In this document: piece after piece, positions 37,211 through 47,774 of the stretch
Numbering within the stretch: position 1 is the first letter of the stretch
How the letters are laid out: every line of letters begins with the position of its first letter
Assembly (NCBI GenBank): GCA_973895155.1
Contig: OZ316892.1
Span: forward strand, 3,289,223-3,353,222
Direction: 5' to 3'
DNA length: 64,000 nucleotides
Source of the DNA: Marsupella aquatica
Lineage: Eukaryota > Plantae > Marchantiophyta
Position numbers and translations under genes: made by a program
Notes under the pieces: model-generated
Seen by the model: only the letters and a program-made list of their open reading frames with translations
Database searches by the model: none
Told to the model about the DNA's origin: nothing

Positions 37211-37535
37211 AAATGTACACTTTTTAGGCCAAATGTACACTTTATTGCACTAAAAGTTACACTTTCTAGACCAAATGCACTTAAATGTACACTTGTTAAG
37301 CCAAATGTATGCATTTTGCACTCAAATGTACACTTTCTAGGCCAAATGTACTCAAATGTACACTTTTAAAGCCAAATGTATCTATTTTGATGTTCAAATT
37401 TACACTTTTCATTGCCCAAATGTACACTCTTTAGGCCAATTGTAAACTTTTCTATCCCCAAATGTACACTTTTCATTGGCCAAATGTACACTTTTCCAAG
37501 CCCAAAAGTACACTTTTCACTGCCCAAATGTACAT
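37211..37535 (+). repeat. Right subterminal AAATGTACACTTT motif array
   Basis: More than a dozen perfect or degenerate copies at about 20-22-bp spacing, in the same orientation as the left array. Confidence 0.9.
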
Positions 37536-37715
37536 AAATCAAATAATAATACACTTTTAATGAATAGGCTGATTTTGGTGAATCATAGCCACAATTAAAA
37601 TTGAGGTGTTGGTGGAGAAATTGTATTAGGGGATCAGTTTTGTGTGTGGGCTCAACATACCAAAAGTATGTGTGCTCTGCATCCTTGTGTGGCCATTCCA
37701 ATTCATTGCAGTAGC

Positions 37716-37859
37716 AAATGCCTTTGTACCTTAAATGCTAAATATATTTTACTTTCTGTGCAGTCTGCTAAATTGTAGAGTCTATCTAAATGCCTTTGTA
37801 CCTTAAATGCTAAATATATTTTACTTTCTGTGCAGTCTGCTAAATTGTAGAGTCTATCT
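37716..37859 (+). repeat. Perfect 72-bp tandem duplication
   Basis: AAATGCCTTTGTACC...AGAGTCTATCT at 37716-37787 and 37788-37859. Confidence 0.92.
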
Positions 37860-37870
37860 CATGCGCAGGC

Positions 37871-38551
37871 ATGGCACGGCCTAAAATTCAAGCCAAAAAG
37901 CGTGTGACAGAGGTGAGAAACACAGGTGTACTTGGGGCAGATGCTACTAACTTCTTTGCAAGTCAGATTTTCCAGAAGGCAGCTCATTGTTGTGCCATTT
38001 GTGACGATGGTGGGGGCCTGGTCATTTGTGAGGGCCCTTGCATGAGGCATTTCCACCTCAACCCGGAGTTTGACCTTGCTGCAGAAAACAACTGTCCAGG
38101 GGTGGGCCTCCCGTCAACACACCAGGGAGACTGGATGTGCACTGATTGTTTGGAGAAGCAGGCTAAGTGTGCACAGTGTGGGAAGTTGGGATCCTATGAG
38201 GGCTCTGTTGATGCTGCAGCAAATGTTAGGAAATGTCCAGACCATTTTTGTGTGAGATTTTTCTGTTTTGAGTGTTTGCCTGCTCATGCCACAGCTTGCC
38301 CACTTCATAGGTGCAAGGCATGTGGTGAGCATGATGATGACTACTGGACTGACATAGTCCACTGTGCTAGGTGTCCCACTATGTGGCACTATCATTGCCT
38401 GAAAGATCATCAAGCAGAGGGTTATGCTTGTGACAGAGAAATCTATGATCACTCTGCACATGGTGTTGATTGATGGATATTTTATTGTCATCGCCATGCC
38501 ATTGATCCTACCTCGCGCACTCCTGTGAGAGATCACATATCTTGGCTGTGA
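37871..38551 (+). pseudogene. Stand-alone EDM2/NSD-type composite PHD-finger gene with one premature stop
   Basis: CAICDDGG..CEGPCMRHFH..CxxC..CAQCGKLGS..CPLHRCKAC..CARCPTMWHYHCL. After TGA at 38471 the frame continues WIFYCHRHAIDPTSRTPVRDHISW, matching the EDM2 IYC..H.ID....TPVRDH motif. Confidence 0.82.
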
Positions 38552-39137
38552 AGCTGAACATTGTACATGCACAGTGCACCTGATGTGGATGTACTATTTT
38601 TTGAGATTGCAGAGATTCCAATTTTGAAAAGGAGTTGGGTAGGTGAGTTTATATAGGCAGCACTTATCTTGTGCTCTGGCGTCAGTGGCTCGGTACATGC
38701 CTATACAAACTTATCCTTACAAGCCTTCTTGGAAGTATTTAGGCTGAGTGGTCATTTTCATAAACACTTTCATCAAACTGCTAAATTAAAACAGGACTTC
38801 TAAGTTGTAAGCGTATAAATTATCAGGCATGCAATTAATCAAATTGCCCTATAAGTTTGTCATTGAATGTATCCTCCTTTACAACAAAATATGTATGTGC
38901 CATGACAAGTTGGTTGCACTTCATTTCACCACGGATATGGATTTTGTAGTATATATTCAAACAATGTCCTGCATCCGTGCAGGTGCCTAGTACGTATTGT
39001 TCACATATCCCTTGTACCTATCAAAATCGGACCTGAGCACCAGTGGGCCAGATCAACTCAAAAAGCAGGAATTTTGTTGTCCTTGTATTGTCAGGTGAAC
39101 CCATTCTTCCAAAATTCACTGTCATCACGTAGGGTGT

Positions 39138-40016
39138 GTGTACATGGAGCCTGGTAAACGTAGAAAGTGTGACCACCCAGCAGTGTTTACAGGGGTCAGA
39201 GCGATTTTGGTCCATGGCCAGCATGGGTTGACCAAAGTGCATTGGCCAATTGTACAGAAACGATTCTCTGAGCTCCATGGCACTGTAGTTCAGGACATCA
39301 CTCCAGAGACTACACATGTTGTTGCAGGGACATGGCTATCAGTGATAAAGAAGTGGTCATGGTCCTACATGAATTCTGCAATTACTAAGCAAGGCCTAAA
39401 AGTAGTTGAGGCCTCTTGGATCACAGATTCCATAGCACATAAGATTGTACAGGATACTGAGCAATATGAGTTGTGGGAGGATGAAGAAGCTACTGCATCA
39501 GCTTGGGCTGAACAAGAAGTCTGGGAAGCAAAGGCACGGCTTGCTGATCTCCAATATGGACCTGTACTCAACAAAGGACAGAGCTCTACAAGGCTGAAGA
39601 GTATGTTGGCTGAGGAGACGAAGCAACCAACCCCCATTCTGAAAGGGCTGAGCATGGTATTTGTGGAGGCGGGAATTGGAGAGGTTAAGTGCAAAGTGTA
39701 CAAGTCCACAGTGCTTGACCTAGGTGGGACAGTGGAGGAGAATATAACAGAGGACACCACTCATGTCATTACTAAGTCATATCCCAAAGCCTGCCGCAAG
39801 TTTGGGAAGGGAGACATTCGCTTTTATGTCATGTCCCATAATGTGTTTGTGGTTTCATATGCTTGGCTTGTGGAATCAGTAGCAGCTGGGAAGCGTCAAA
39901 ACCCAATGGACTATGATCTTTTTGAGGCCTGGCCACGGAAGGGTCAAGATCCTTACAGAGAGGACTATGAGACAACAAGTGAGGAATGGGTCATTAGCGA
40001 TTCTGAATCAGAGTGA
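39138..40016 (+). CDS. Tandem BRCT-domain protein
   Basis: Two repeats: VFTGVRAILV..GTVVQDITPETTHVV..VVEASWITDS..YEL and ILKGLSMVFV..LGGTVEENITEDTTHVI..VVSYAWLVES..YDL. Confidence 0.82.
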   Translation: MYMEPGKRRKCDHPAVFTGVRAILVHGQHGLTKVHWPIVQKRFSELHGTVVQDITPETTHVVAGTWLSVIKKWSWSYMNSAITKQGLKVVEASWITDSIAHKIVQDTEQYELWEDEEATASAWAEQEVWEAKARLADLQYGPVLNKGQSSTRLKSMLAEETKQPTPILKGLSMVFVEAGIGEVKCKVYKSTVLDLGGTVEENITEDTTHVITKSYPKACRKFGKGDIRFYVMSHNVFVVSYAWLVESVAAGKRQNPMDYDLFEAWPRKGQDPYREDYETTSEEWVISDSESE

Positions 40017-40449
40017 GGAGTAGTAGCATCAGTTTGGACACAAGTTTTTTTGTATAAATCAGATCATTGAAATAAATGTGATCTTTGAACTAATGTACCT
40101 TGTTATGGTTGGTGGCAGTTGGGCTTATTTTACTGTTGGCGGATTGTTGTTTCCTGCTGCCTGGGGGTGTCACTGTAAACGTACATGCAAAGGCGGTACA
40201 TTTGAGGACAGCAGAGGAGGTGGTGACACCCTCCAACATTTAGGAATTTTGTGTCATTCACTTGACAATAGGTACACTACTTGCGAACCTGTTTTTTTCT
40301 TTTGGGGTGGTTTAGGGTTTGTGAGAATTTAGTACACGTTATGTTAACTCTTTTGGCAGATACAGTCAGGGATATATGGAACACAAATACCACCATTAGG
40401 CATCCTTGTTCACTGCTGTCCATGACTGCAGAGCTCCCAGCCTGTTACA

Positions 40450-43400
40450 ATGCACCCTGGTCACCACCCTCCCCAGACCCAGCCCAGGGCACAGGCACTG
40501 CCTTTGCATCATCCCACAAGGATATCACGCCATGATAATAAGCTTTGGCAGCGTGAAAGGTTACGAACCAGACTTTCAGGAGCCAGTAGGATGAGATGTC
40601 CTTGTGCAATCTGCCAAGGATCCCGTACCAGGGGTCTGAATGAGGTTTGGCGGCATATCGCGGTTCATGGAAGAGATCCACGACATCGAGTTTGGAATGA
40701 TCCTGCAGAGGAAGATTCTTCCGACGAGGAGTGGAGGTTAGAATTTGATGCTGCCAATGCTGCAAGACGGGCAAGTGAGGTTCTGCCTGGTGCATTTGAA
40801 AATGTTGTAGCTGGTCTCTGTGGGTTGTCAGCTCTCCAACGGGATGGTGCTCAGGCAGCACCACGTGACGAAGGAATTCATGTGGAAGAGATGGTGAGAG
40901 ACATCTTCCAAGACTTGGATGCATTTCATGATGGGCTGGACAACGAAGAGGATACGGCTGCAGATGCAAGTGTGCCCCCTGTCGAAGAGCCTCTTGATGA
41001 GTTTGAGATAGGGCAGGAAACCCCTGGGCATGATGGGATGTTTGGCTCTCCCCTGCAAATACAGGAAGGCAGGAAGTCTTTGTACCTCGGTAGCAAATGT
41101 TCTAAACTGGGATTTGTCATCATGTTCCTGAACATTTGCGGCAACCACAATGTCCCCAACATTTTGGTTTCTGAGTTGTTGGCATTCTTGCGAACAACTG
41201 TGCTACCAGATGGTAATATTTTGCCCAAGAACATGTACGAGGCAAAAAGATGCATATCTAATCTTGGATTGAACTATGATTCGATCCATGCCTGTCCTGA
41301 TGGGCATGTTCTTTTCAGAAAGGAGTATAAAGAATCGTTGATATGCCCTAAGTGTGGGAAGCACAGGTATCGGAACTCAGGAAAGTCTATGGTTCCCGCC
41401 AAGGTACTTCGTCATTTTCCACTCATTCCCAGAATTCAGCGGATGTTCAGAAGCCGTGCCATCTCGGAGATGATGACTTGGGCAACTGACAAGAAAAGTG
41501 ATGATGGGCTACAACGACATGCTGCAGATTCAAGGCAATGGAAACTCATAGATGAGATGTATCCCGAATTTGCTGCTGAGCCGAGGAATGTCAGACTTGG
41601 GCTGTCATTGGATGGGGTAAACCCATTTGGAGACAAGAACAACAAATTTTCGTGCTGGCCTGTAACTATTTTGAATTATAACCTTCCTCCTTGGATGACT
41701 ACAAAGCGATTTTTTGTTCTGATGGTCCTACTGATACCAGGGCCAGACAGTGCTGTATCTGCCAACATAGATGTGTTTCTGGCTCCCCTAGTGGAGGAAT
41801 TGAGAAAGCTTTGGGAGGAAGGAGTTCTCACATATGATGTCCTACAGAGGCTTGGGAGGTTAAACCCATTCATCCTTAGAGCCATTGTCATTCTGACTAT
41901 AGCTGACTACCCAGCCCATGGGATGATATCAGGCCAAACAACAAAAGGATATTGTGCTTGTACTATCTGTGGGTGCAATGTCACCAGTGAGTACTCCAGA
42001 GCCCTGCAGAAAGTGATATACATGGGCCATCGTCGTTTTCTGAAGGCAGATCACCCTTACAGAGAAAGACAGGCACTGATTGCACACTTTGGCAATGAGA
42101 TTGAGCAACGTGGACCCCCGACACGAGTGACCAAAGAGGAGATCAGGCAGTGGGGAGCACTGAGGGATGACTATATCAAACGAGGGGGCAGGGAAGATGG
42201 AGTGAGTGATCCAATAAAGCGATATGGTGTAAAAAGACTGAGCATATTGGACTTGGAGCTCAAGTACTGGAGGGTAAGCCTCTTGGAGTTGATGCTAATT
42301 GGGATACATGTTTTGGTTCAGAGCATGTGCATTCATTTCGAAGAGAGAGACTAAACTTGAGGCATTTCCTGACGCTTTTGCATTGCAACGATGCAGGAGT
42401 TTGAGCCAAGCAAACATAACATTGATGTTATGCACATTGAAAAGAATATTTGTGAGAGTCTACTCAGATTCTTGTGTGGAGAGAAAGACACTGGTTCAGT
42501 GAGATTGGATCTTGAACAGAGGGGAATGAAACCCCATCTTTGGTTGAGGCCACATGCCCACAGAGCTGATGTGCTCTTGAAGTACCAAGCGCCCTATGTT
42601 CTGACAGACACAGAGTGGGAACTATTTGTGCAGAGGTTGAGTTCTTTGAAGGTTCCTTCAAACTATGGCAGTGCTTTCAAGAAGCATATCATGACTAGAA
42701 AGCTTGGTAGTATGAAAAGCCATGACTACCATATGTTGATGCAACAGGTGTTGCCTTTATGCCTGAGGGGCCTGTTGCAGAAGCCTGTTCGTACTGTGAT
42801 CATGCGACTCAGTGATGTGTTTCGTCGTATTTGTGTGAAGGTTTGGGATGAAACACACTTCCCACAACTGACATAAGATGTCGCTCAGGTGCTGTGTGAC
42901 CTGGAGATTTATTTTCCTCCCGCATTTTTTGATGTCATGACCCACCTACTTGTCCATGTTGTGGAAGAGCTACACCAATTTGGGCCTGTGAGTGCTCGTT
43001 GGTTGTACCCTTTGGAACGGTACATGAAGCTACTCAAAGGTCACGTGAGAACATATTACAAACCTGAAGCAAGCATGGCTAAAGGTTACATCAAGGATGA
43101 GACTCTGGGATTTCTGACCGAATACATAGCACAATATGAGCATGTGAAGACCAGGGTGTGGAATTCTGATGAGGAGGAAGGGGTGATAGGTGAAGTACTG
43201 GAAGGGGCTGCAACCACAAAGAACCTGACCATATCTATGAGAGACTTGGCACATGACTTTGTATTGCACAACACTGTGGTGATGGAACCCTGGATACAGT
43301 GAGTGCATACATGTGCTATAATCCAGTTCATGAGCTTAAATGTTGTGTTCGTGTGGTTTTCTCCTTCAGCCTGTTCATGTTTACCCAAGCTAATGCTGTG

Positions 43401-44181
43401 TGGTTGTTCGTTCAGGGAGTATGAGTCATTGAAGGCGGCCCATCCCACTGTAGGAACAACTTTTCCAGGTTTCATGGAGTGGATCAGAGTGGCAATTAGA
43501 GAGCATCACGAGACCCACCCAGACATGGATGCAGATGTTTACCTACTGTCTAATGCCCCTAGCCTGAAAGTGAAGACTTACAAACGGATGAGAGCATATG
43601 GGAATCACTTCCGAGTGAAGGATGGTGATAGTGCCTACAGGGTGACGAATGACTGCGGGCTCATCACTGTATTTGAGCAACAGAGCCACAATCACGACAG
43701 GGCCTGGATGGAGATGGGATATGTGGGAGAATTAGTTGACATATGGGCTCTGGACTATGGGGCGGTGTCCAGTCCTGTGATTCTTATGAAAGGTTCATGG
43801 GTGCGGCAGGATTGGCTTGGTAACAGGGCTACCATGAAGAGAGACAACGACGGTTTCTTGCTGGCCAATTTTAGAGGGAAATTGCCCGAATGGTCTGAGC
43901 CATTTGTGTTTCCTAGTCAGGTGGAGCAAGCTTTCTTCCTGGATGTGGAAGACTCCCCAGGTTGGCGTGTAGTGTGTCATAAACAGGCCAGGCAACGTCG
44001 GATGAAAGGATCAAACCTTGAGTTTCATTTACACTCTCATAGTGCCTTTGATCGTCGGCGTTCAGACCAAGTGCCTGTAGTTCATGATAGCGGGGACTTC
44101 ATTCCTGTGACAAGGGTAGATGCATTTGCTGAAGGAGGCGAATTCAGAGATGCAGATGCCAACAGTGTGCCTGTGCCATGA
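40450..44181 (+). pseudogene. CACTA TnpD transposase; exons 40450-42273, 42397-43298, 43416-44181; one in-frame stop
   Basis: CPCAIC, IHACPDGH..CPKC, RNVRLGLSLDGVNP, YNLPPW, IADYPA, DVMHIEKN, MKSHDYH, FPPAFFD.MTHLLVH, ARWLYPLERY and EPFVFPSQVEQAFF match the Transposase_21/DUF4218/DUF4216 pattern. TAA at 42874. Confidence 0.93.
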
Positions 44182-44337
44182 GTAATGTGAATTGTTTGCA
44201 TGGACATTAGTGAGGGGAAGGATGTGTAATAAAGTAATTCTGAAGCAACACAGATGTATGGATGGATGCCTGGTGATTGTGGTTGCATTGTGTTATACGG
44301 GGTGACCATAGATGACATGTTTTTGTGGTCCAGTAGG

Positions 44338-47300
44338 ATGGAACAGAGTGACACAAAGATGTGTGAGTATGAAAGGAAAGCTATGGAACAACGAGCATAC
44401 GTGAAAGCCAAAATCGCAGAACTGGATCTGGAAAAGGATGTGGCTGAATTGTAAGGGAACGATTCTCAACTACACCCCTCCGCTGAGTTTGTGTGACATG
44501 AATAGTTCAATGTGGCACTGAAATTGTGACTGTATTCTCATATTGGAATGTCGCAGAGCCACAGCATTTTCAAAGAAACAAAAGGAGTACGCAAGAAGGG
44601 TGACCAGCACTATCTCTGGGCCTGTGCGTCGGAGTGACAGGTTGAGCAAGAAGGTCGTACCTACAATGGCAGAATGTGGAGATGACATTGATGCTGCACA
44701 GGTGGGTGCAGACACTAGACAAGAAGATGCAGATGATGAGTATTTTCCAGAGGAAATGGATGAGGATGGGGGTTATGAAGATGAATACATTGCAGAGCAG
44801 CCCCAAAAGAAACATGTAAGTAGTTTTCCCAACAAGGTTTTGAGTTAAAAACTCTTGTTTAGAGGTTTCATATGTTCAGTACTACACATATGTACCTTGC
44901 TTAGTTCCTGACATTGTAGTTGGTGATGTGATGTAGCGTCCTGCCAGTTCTGTTTTGCCTTCGAAGCCTGTGCATGCACCATACCAGCAGGGGGGGCTGA
45001 CCTCTGATCAAGGTTGGCAAGGTGGTAGTAGTGGTAGATCCCAGGCTGGTGCCCAATACTATGGCAGGGGGCAAGCTCTAGGTTATGCCCGTGGTAGAGG
45101 CAGAGCAGGTCTAAACCCACAATCTCGTGGGTATGGACGTCCACCTCAACCATGGGGATGTGAGTATATATCTATATGCCAGTTCTTTGTGAAGGCATGG
45201 CACTCCTGAATTTCAGACTGCATATCAATTTTTGACATTGTTTGGGATGTATTGGATTCAGACAACATGAAATTCTGTCCACCTGCCATTGCATGCAGAT
45301 TCTGCCCAACCTGATTGGGCAAATGCTAGTAATGATCAGTTCCAATGTCCACAAGGACAGACATGGGTTGAACCAGGTTGGGAGGATGGTGGTGGGTCGT
45401 GGAATGAACAAGGTTGGGAAGGTGGTGAAGGTAATTGGCAGGGATATCAAAATTCAGTACCTACAAATGCTGGAAGAGGAGCAGGTAATGTCTGATCTTG
45501 TCAGCAATGGAAGAACTCATTATATGTGGAGTCCATTCACGTGGGGGGGACTCTGCACATGTATAATGATAGAAAATGTATGTGTGCAGGTTGGACAGTC
45601 GAACCATCGACTCAAGTATTCACTAATGCCCCTATGCAGATGCAGCACGGAAGGGGGACAGGTATGTTGGTGAATGTTCAGTTGTTTTCCTACAGTTAGT
45701 TTTCAGTACATATGTTTGCACACACATACCTAGAAAGTGACATCATCCGGCCCCTGTACTAGGCTGGACAGGTGGTCCAGGGTCGCAACAATTTCAGAGT
45801 GCAGTCCCTGCACAGGCATCTACAGGCAGAGCTACAGGTATGTATGTTTGAAGAATTTTTCTTGAAGTGAAGCATTGAATGTTGCCGTCATCCATTCTGC
45901 TATATGTAGTTCTCAAGCATGAATGGCATTGTATTTTCCCAGGTGGCTTCAGAACCCCAGGTAGGGTGAATGAAGGGGTGGCCAATACAACGCCCAGTAC
46001 TACCGAGAGCAGTGCACGAGGGGAGGTGACAAAGAAAGGGAACGTAAAGTTGAATGAGAGACAATGGGTGGATGCTGAGTGTCCTCGCAAGAACCGATGA
46101 CATGCTGATTTGAAAGCTGAAGTATTGCGTTGGTTAGATGTGAGTGTTATTAATTTTAAAAAACAGCATCCAAAAGATTGGAAGACTGTATGTGAAAATG
46201 TTGCTGCCAAATGGAATTATGTGGGCAGTGATGATGGCGTGGACATAGGTTGCCTAGAGAGTACAGCAGGTAAAATTATCAAGCAAGAGAGGTGGAGAAT
46301 GCATAAGGCTTGGAAGGAAGGTGGGGAGAAGCCAGATATGCCTCCACCAGCCAGTTGTGATGATAAAGTGTGGGCAAGGTTAGTAGCTTATTTTGTAACA
46401 GATGCTTCAAAAAAGAAGAGTTCACAGATGACCGAGGCCAGGTTGAGTGTTCAGAACCCTAATCTGACAGGAAGGACCGGCACTGCACCGACAGCTAAAC
46501 GTTTGGTAAGAATGAATGGCCTAGCTATGTAATTTATGCTACACTATGTACTATTTTTTAGTGTAAACCCATACATGTAAACTTTGTTTTTTAGTGTACG
46601 TTCCCTGAATATTGATCGATAACTTGTGTTTGCCATGCATGTGCAGAAAGCCCAATTGGGGCAAAGCCCTTCAAAAGAAGAGTTGAGGGCTGAAATTGTG
46701 AACACCCGGGCTCAAGAGGGTGCATCTGAATCCTCCAAGCATGTAAGTTATATGAGTTCTGATTGGTAATTGAATGACCTGCGTTGAATTTCAGGTGTAC
46801 ACTGTATATAACATTGATTGTGCATATATTGCCCAACATTTCATATGGAGTGATTGAACCTATACCCCTGTGTCATGTAGGGAGGTGGATCTTCACTTAC
46901 AGAGATAAGTGGTTGTTTGAAGGCTGTCGAAACATGTCTTCCAGAGATCAATGAACGTTTGAATTCATTGACTGACTTGTTCCATGTGAACTTCAAGACA
47001 TTAATGGAAGCTGTTGTGTCGGTGAGAGATAAAATTGATTCCAATTCTGCAGGAGTTCCACCATCACCACTTGAGGTGGCAAAGTCGATGCACTCTTCTG
47101 GCATGCCAACGACATGTAGGCTTGAGGTGGATGATATCAATGTTGGGGCAAATGAGGATATCAGCAAGCATGACAATGATACCATTGAGCCAGATTCATG
47201 CTATGTAGATCTTGACTCCATTGCAGAGATAAATGATTTGCAGAATGTATCATTCTCAATGACAGGTGTGCCTCTTGTTGAGATAAATCCAACCAAAGAG

Positions 47301-47774
47301 TTAGTTGGTATGACACTCCCAGGTGATGAACCTGCTACTGTGACAGTCCTAACAGAGGAACCTACTGAGCCTAGCTTCACTACTGTGAAGAGAGGAAGCA
47401 TGTGCACACGAAGCAAGTCTGCTGGTGGGAGCAGAGCCACGTCAAAGGTTTCATACAAACCTCCAAGAACAGTGCTGGCAGAAAGATCTAAGGTGGAAGT
47501 GGGGAAAGCACCTAATGCTGAGGGACAAAGTGGCTTGTTAGCTGTTGATGAGAGTGGAACACGAGTAGGATTTGCCAGAGTGCAGGTTGGTTCCACAACG
47601 TTCCATGGCAAGAGGATTCCCCCAGGTTATTCAGTAGTGTTAGTCACATTACTAGTGAAACCTAAAGCTATCCTTCCCATTCCAAACACAAATGATGATC
47701 CTCCTCAAAAGACACTTGGAGATGCTGCAGGTTCTTTGGTATTATGGCCAAGCAAGTTCATAGAGGATCCATAA
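44338..47774 (+). pseudogene. Multi-exon CACTA TnpA/ORF2-like gene
   Basis: Coiled/acidic and Gly-rich exons. Transposase_24-like exon PPPASCDDKVWARLVAYF..KKSSQMTEAR..TGRTG. C-terminal VGFARV..FHGKRIP..LPIP..TLGDAAGSLVLWP domain. In-frame TGA at 46098. Exon limits are approximate. Confidence 0.72.

Larger units (their letters stand above)
24486..37573 (+). mobile_element. 13.1-kb Sola-like DNA transposon with cargo gene(s)
   Basis: 26-bp TIR ATCA(A/G)CCTATTCATTAAAAGTGTATT (24486-24511 and 37548-37573, 25 of 26 match). 4-bp TSD TTTG (24482-24485, 37574-37577). Contains an uninterrupted 1260-aa transposase ORF. Confidence 0.9.

Noticed and set aside
26144-38551. Idea that the MTase-like ORF and the EDM2-type PHD are halves of one split EDM2 gene
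   Set aside because: They are on opposite strands and in different elements separated by a TIR/TSD boundary. The PHD gene has its own stop, and the MTase-like motifs are of the prokaryotic beta-class pattern.
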